Assembly (NCBI GenBank): GCA_002269645.1
Contig: NIVC01000475.1
Span: 326,737 to 390,736, forward strand
DNA length: 64,000 bases
Reading direction: 5' to 3'
Source of the DNA: Macrostomum lignano
Taxonomy: Eukaryota
The notes under the pieces were generated by a model. That model was not told the origin of the DNA and did no database searches. It was given only the letters and a program-made list of their open reading frames with translations. The position numbers and the translations under genes are program-made. This document shows positions 62,585 to 64,000 of this stretch, in pieces; position 1 is the stretch's first letter; each line of letters starts with the position of its first letter.

Positions 62585-64000
62585 GTTTTAGAAGAGTTTC
62601 AGCGAATGCAACCTACCGATATGTATCGAAATATAGATTTCTTTTACTGGCTGCACTTTTACTTGACGGTTTGTGTACTTTTCGCTCTTTTTGCATGGCC
62701 GTTCAGCACTGCCCTGAGGAAAGGGGATCAGAGCCGCAGGATTTGCACCCTCGCACCGGGCACTGCACTGCTCTGGTGCAGCTGCACCAATCGGTTAAGC
62801 GCACCTGTACTGCTATAAACTGTTTATCATCCTCCCTGCGGCCTGATCCCCTTTTTCGGACTGCTGGCTGAAACATTTCGCCGAATATTTCTGTCGATCG
62901 CCTCGCTTTTCCTTGTTTTAATTTTTGATTTTGTCATTTGAGCTCTACAGCAGATGCAATGGGGAGTCCGACTCCTGCCAATGGCGTTTGATAATCACTG
63001 ATTGAGTAGCTTTGCTTGCCTCTCTGACTTGCGTGTGTTCCAGTGACTGATTGACTGACTGATTGATAACTCTTATCTGATTGTTTTATTACTCCGTTAA
63101 TCAGAAATGCGAATAAAGCGTTGCGAAAACTAAAGTATTACTGAAGCTGAAATTTTTTTTGTTTTAGGAGTTTTGAAGATTGTCTGAATTGGTTTTGTTT
63201 TGTTTTATTCTGCCTGAGTAAGTTTCACAGATTGCAATCCTAGAATTGCCGATGCGTGATTGGCTAAGAAGTCTGGCCAATCTGCGTGCTATATTAAACT
63301 CCTCCTAAATATATGCACTTTTAAGGAGTATGCAACAACAACAAGCTTTTATTGCCCTGTGAAAAGCGGCTCTCGTGAGCTACGAGCGTGTAAAGCAATA
63401 AAACCATTTTAGACTACAAGCCTGCGCATTTAATTAGTTGATAGACCAAGTCAATAGTAAATGGTTTAACTGCTATCGTTAGTTAATTGCTCCCATTTGA
63501 TAAACTACTAACTCTGGTATAAGAAATATTGTATAAGAGTGGTGAAGGGTGCTATTAGAGACCATAAAAGTGGTAAATATTGTACTCAGCAAAACAGCTC
63601 ACAGAAAGAGTACATGTCGGAATCTAAGCTGATTCGTGATGTTTTAAGATGCAACAATGTTTGTTGAAATTGGCGTTGACTCTCATTGAGCCGAAATCGA
63701 GATGCAGTACGGAATTCTTCGAAGAGTTTATCCTTTGCCTGAATTGCCTGGGTCGCCAAACGTTTGCGTCTTTATCGTCAGAGCCAGTCACTGTCCGAAA
63801 ACATGACAAAAAGACACTCCTACTAACCTAAGAGTACAATTTGGCCCTTGAAATCTAACTATCGGAGTTAGGAGCTAGAAATGAAATTCGCTCCTTCTAT
63901 AGGACACGCACTCCTAAAATTCACTCCGAAACGGCAACATCCAGCACCCACAGTAGCTCCAACTCCTCTCTCCTTATTCTTTAGCACTTGCAGAAACCTT

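Overview
This is a eukaryotic (metazoan) genomic window with GC-rich spliced exons in repeat-filled introns. The style resembles free-living flatworms such as Macrostomum, but that is inference only. Six spliced genes were rebuilt by hand from GT/AG sites and frame continuity: (1) a 5'-truncated gene that appears to splice ankyrin repeats onto an intact caspase (+, <1-2560); (2) an arginine-kinase-like phosphagen kinase with NEGDH in place of NEEDH (-, 3224-5460); (3) a type I membrane protein with an F5/8-like domain, Ig-like domains and a TM helix (-, ~8070-11429); (4) MANF/ARMET ending in KDEL (+, 13021-17591); (5) an internally duplicated, predicted GPI-anchored Ig-like protein of 635 aa (-, 19321-47874); and (6) a RhoGAP with an apparent last-exon frameshift (+, 50652-61618). 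The introns of gene 5 hold an 18-kb 11-bp satellite with higher-order repeats, a hAT-type MITE and two stacked RNase H-bearing LINE fragments between (CAA)n tracts. Mini- and microsatellites, tRNA-derived SINEs and a second MITE are scattered through the window. No CRISPR array, rRNA or intact tRNA is supported.
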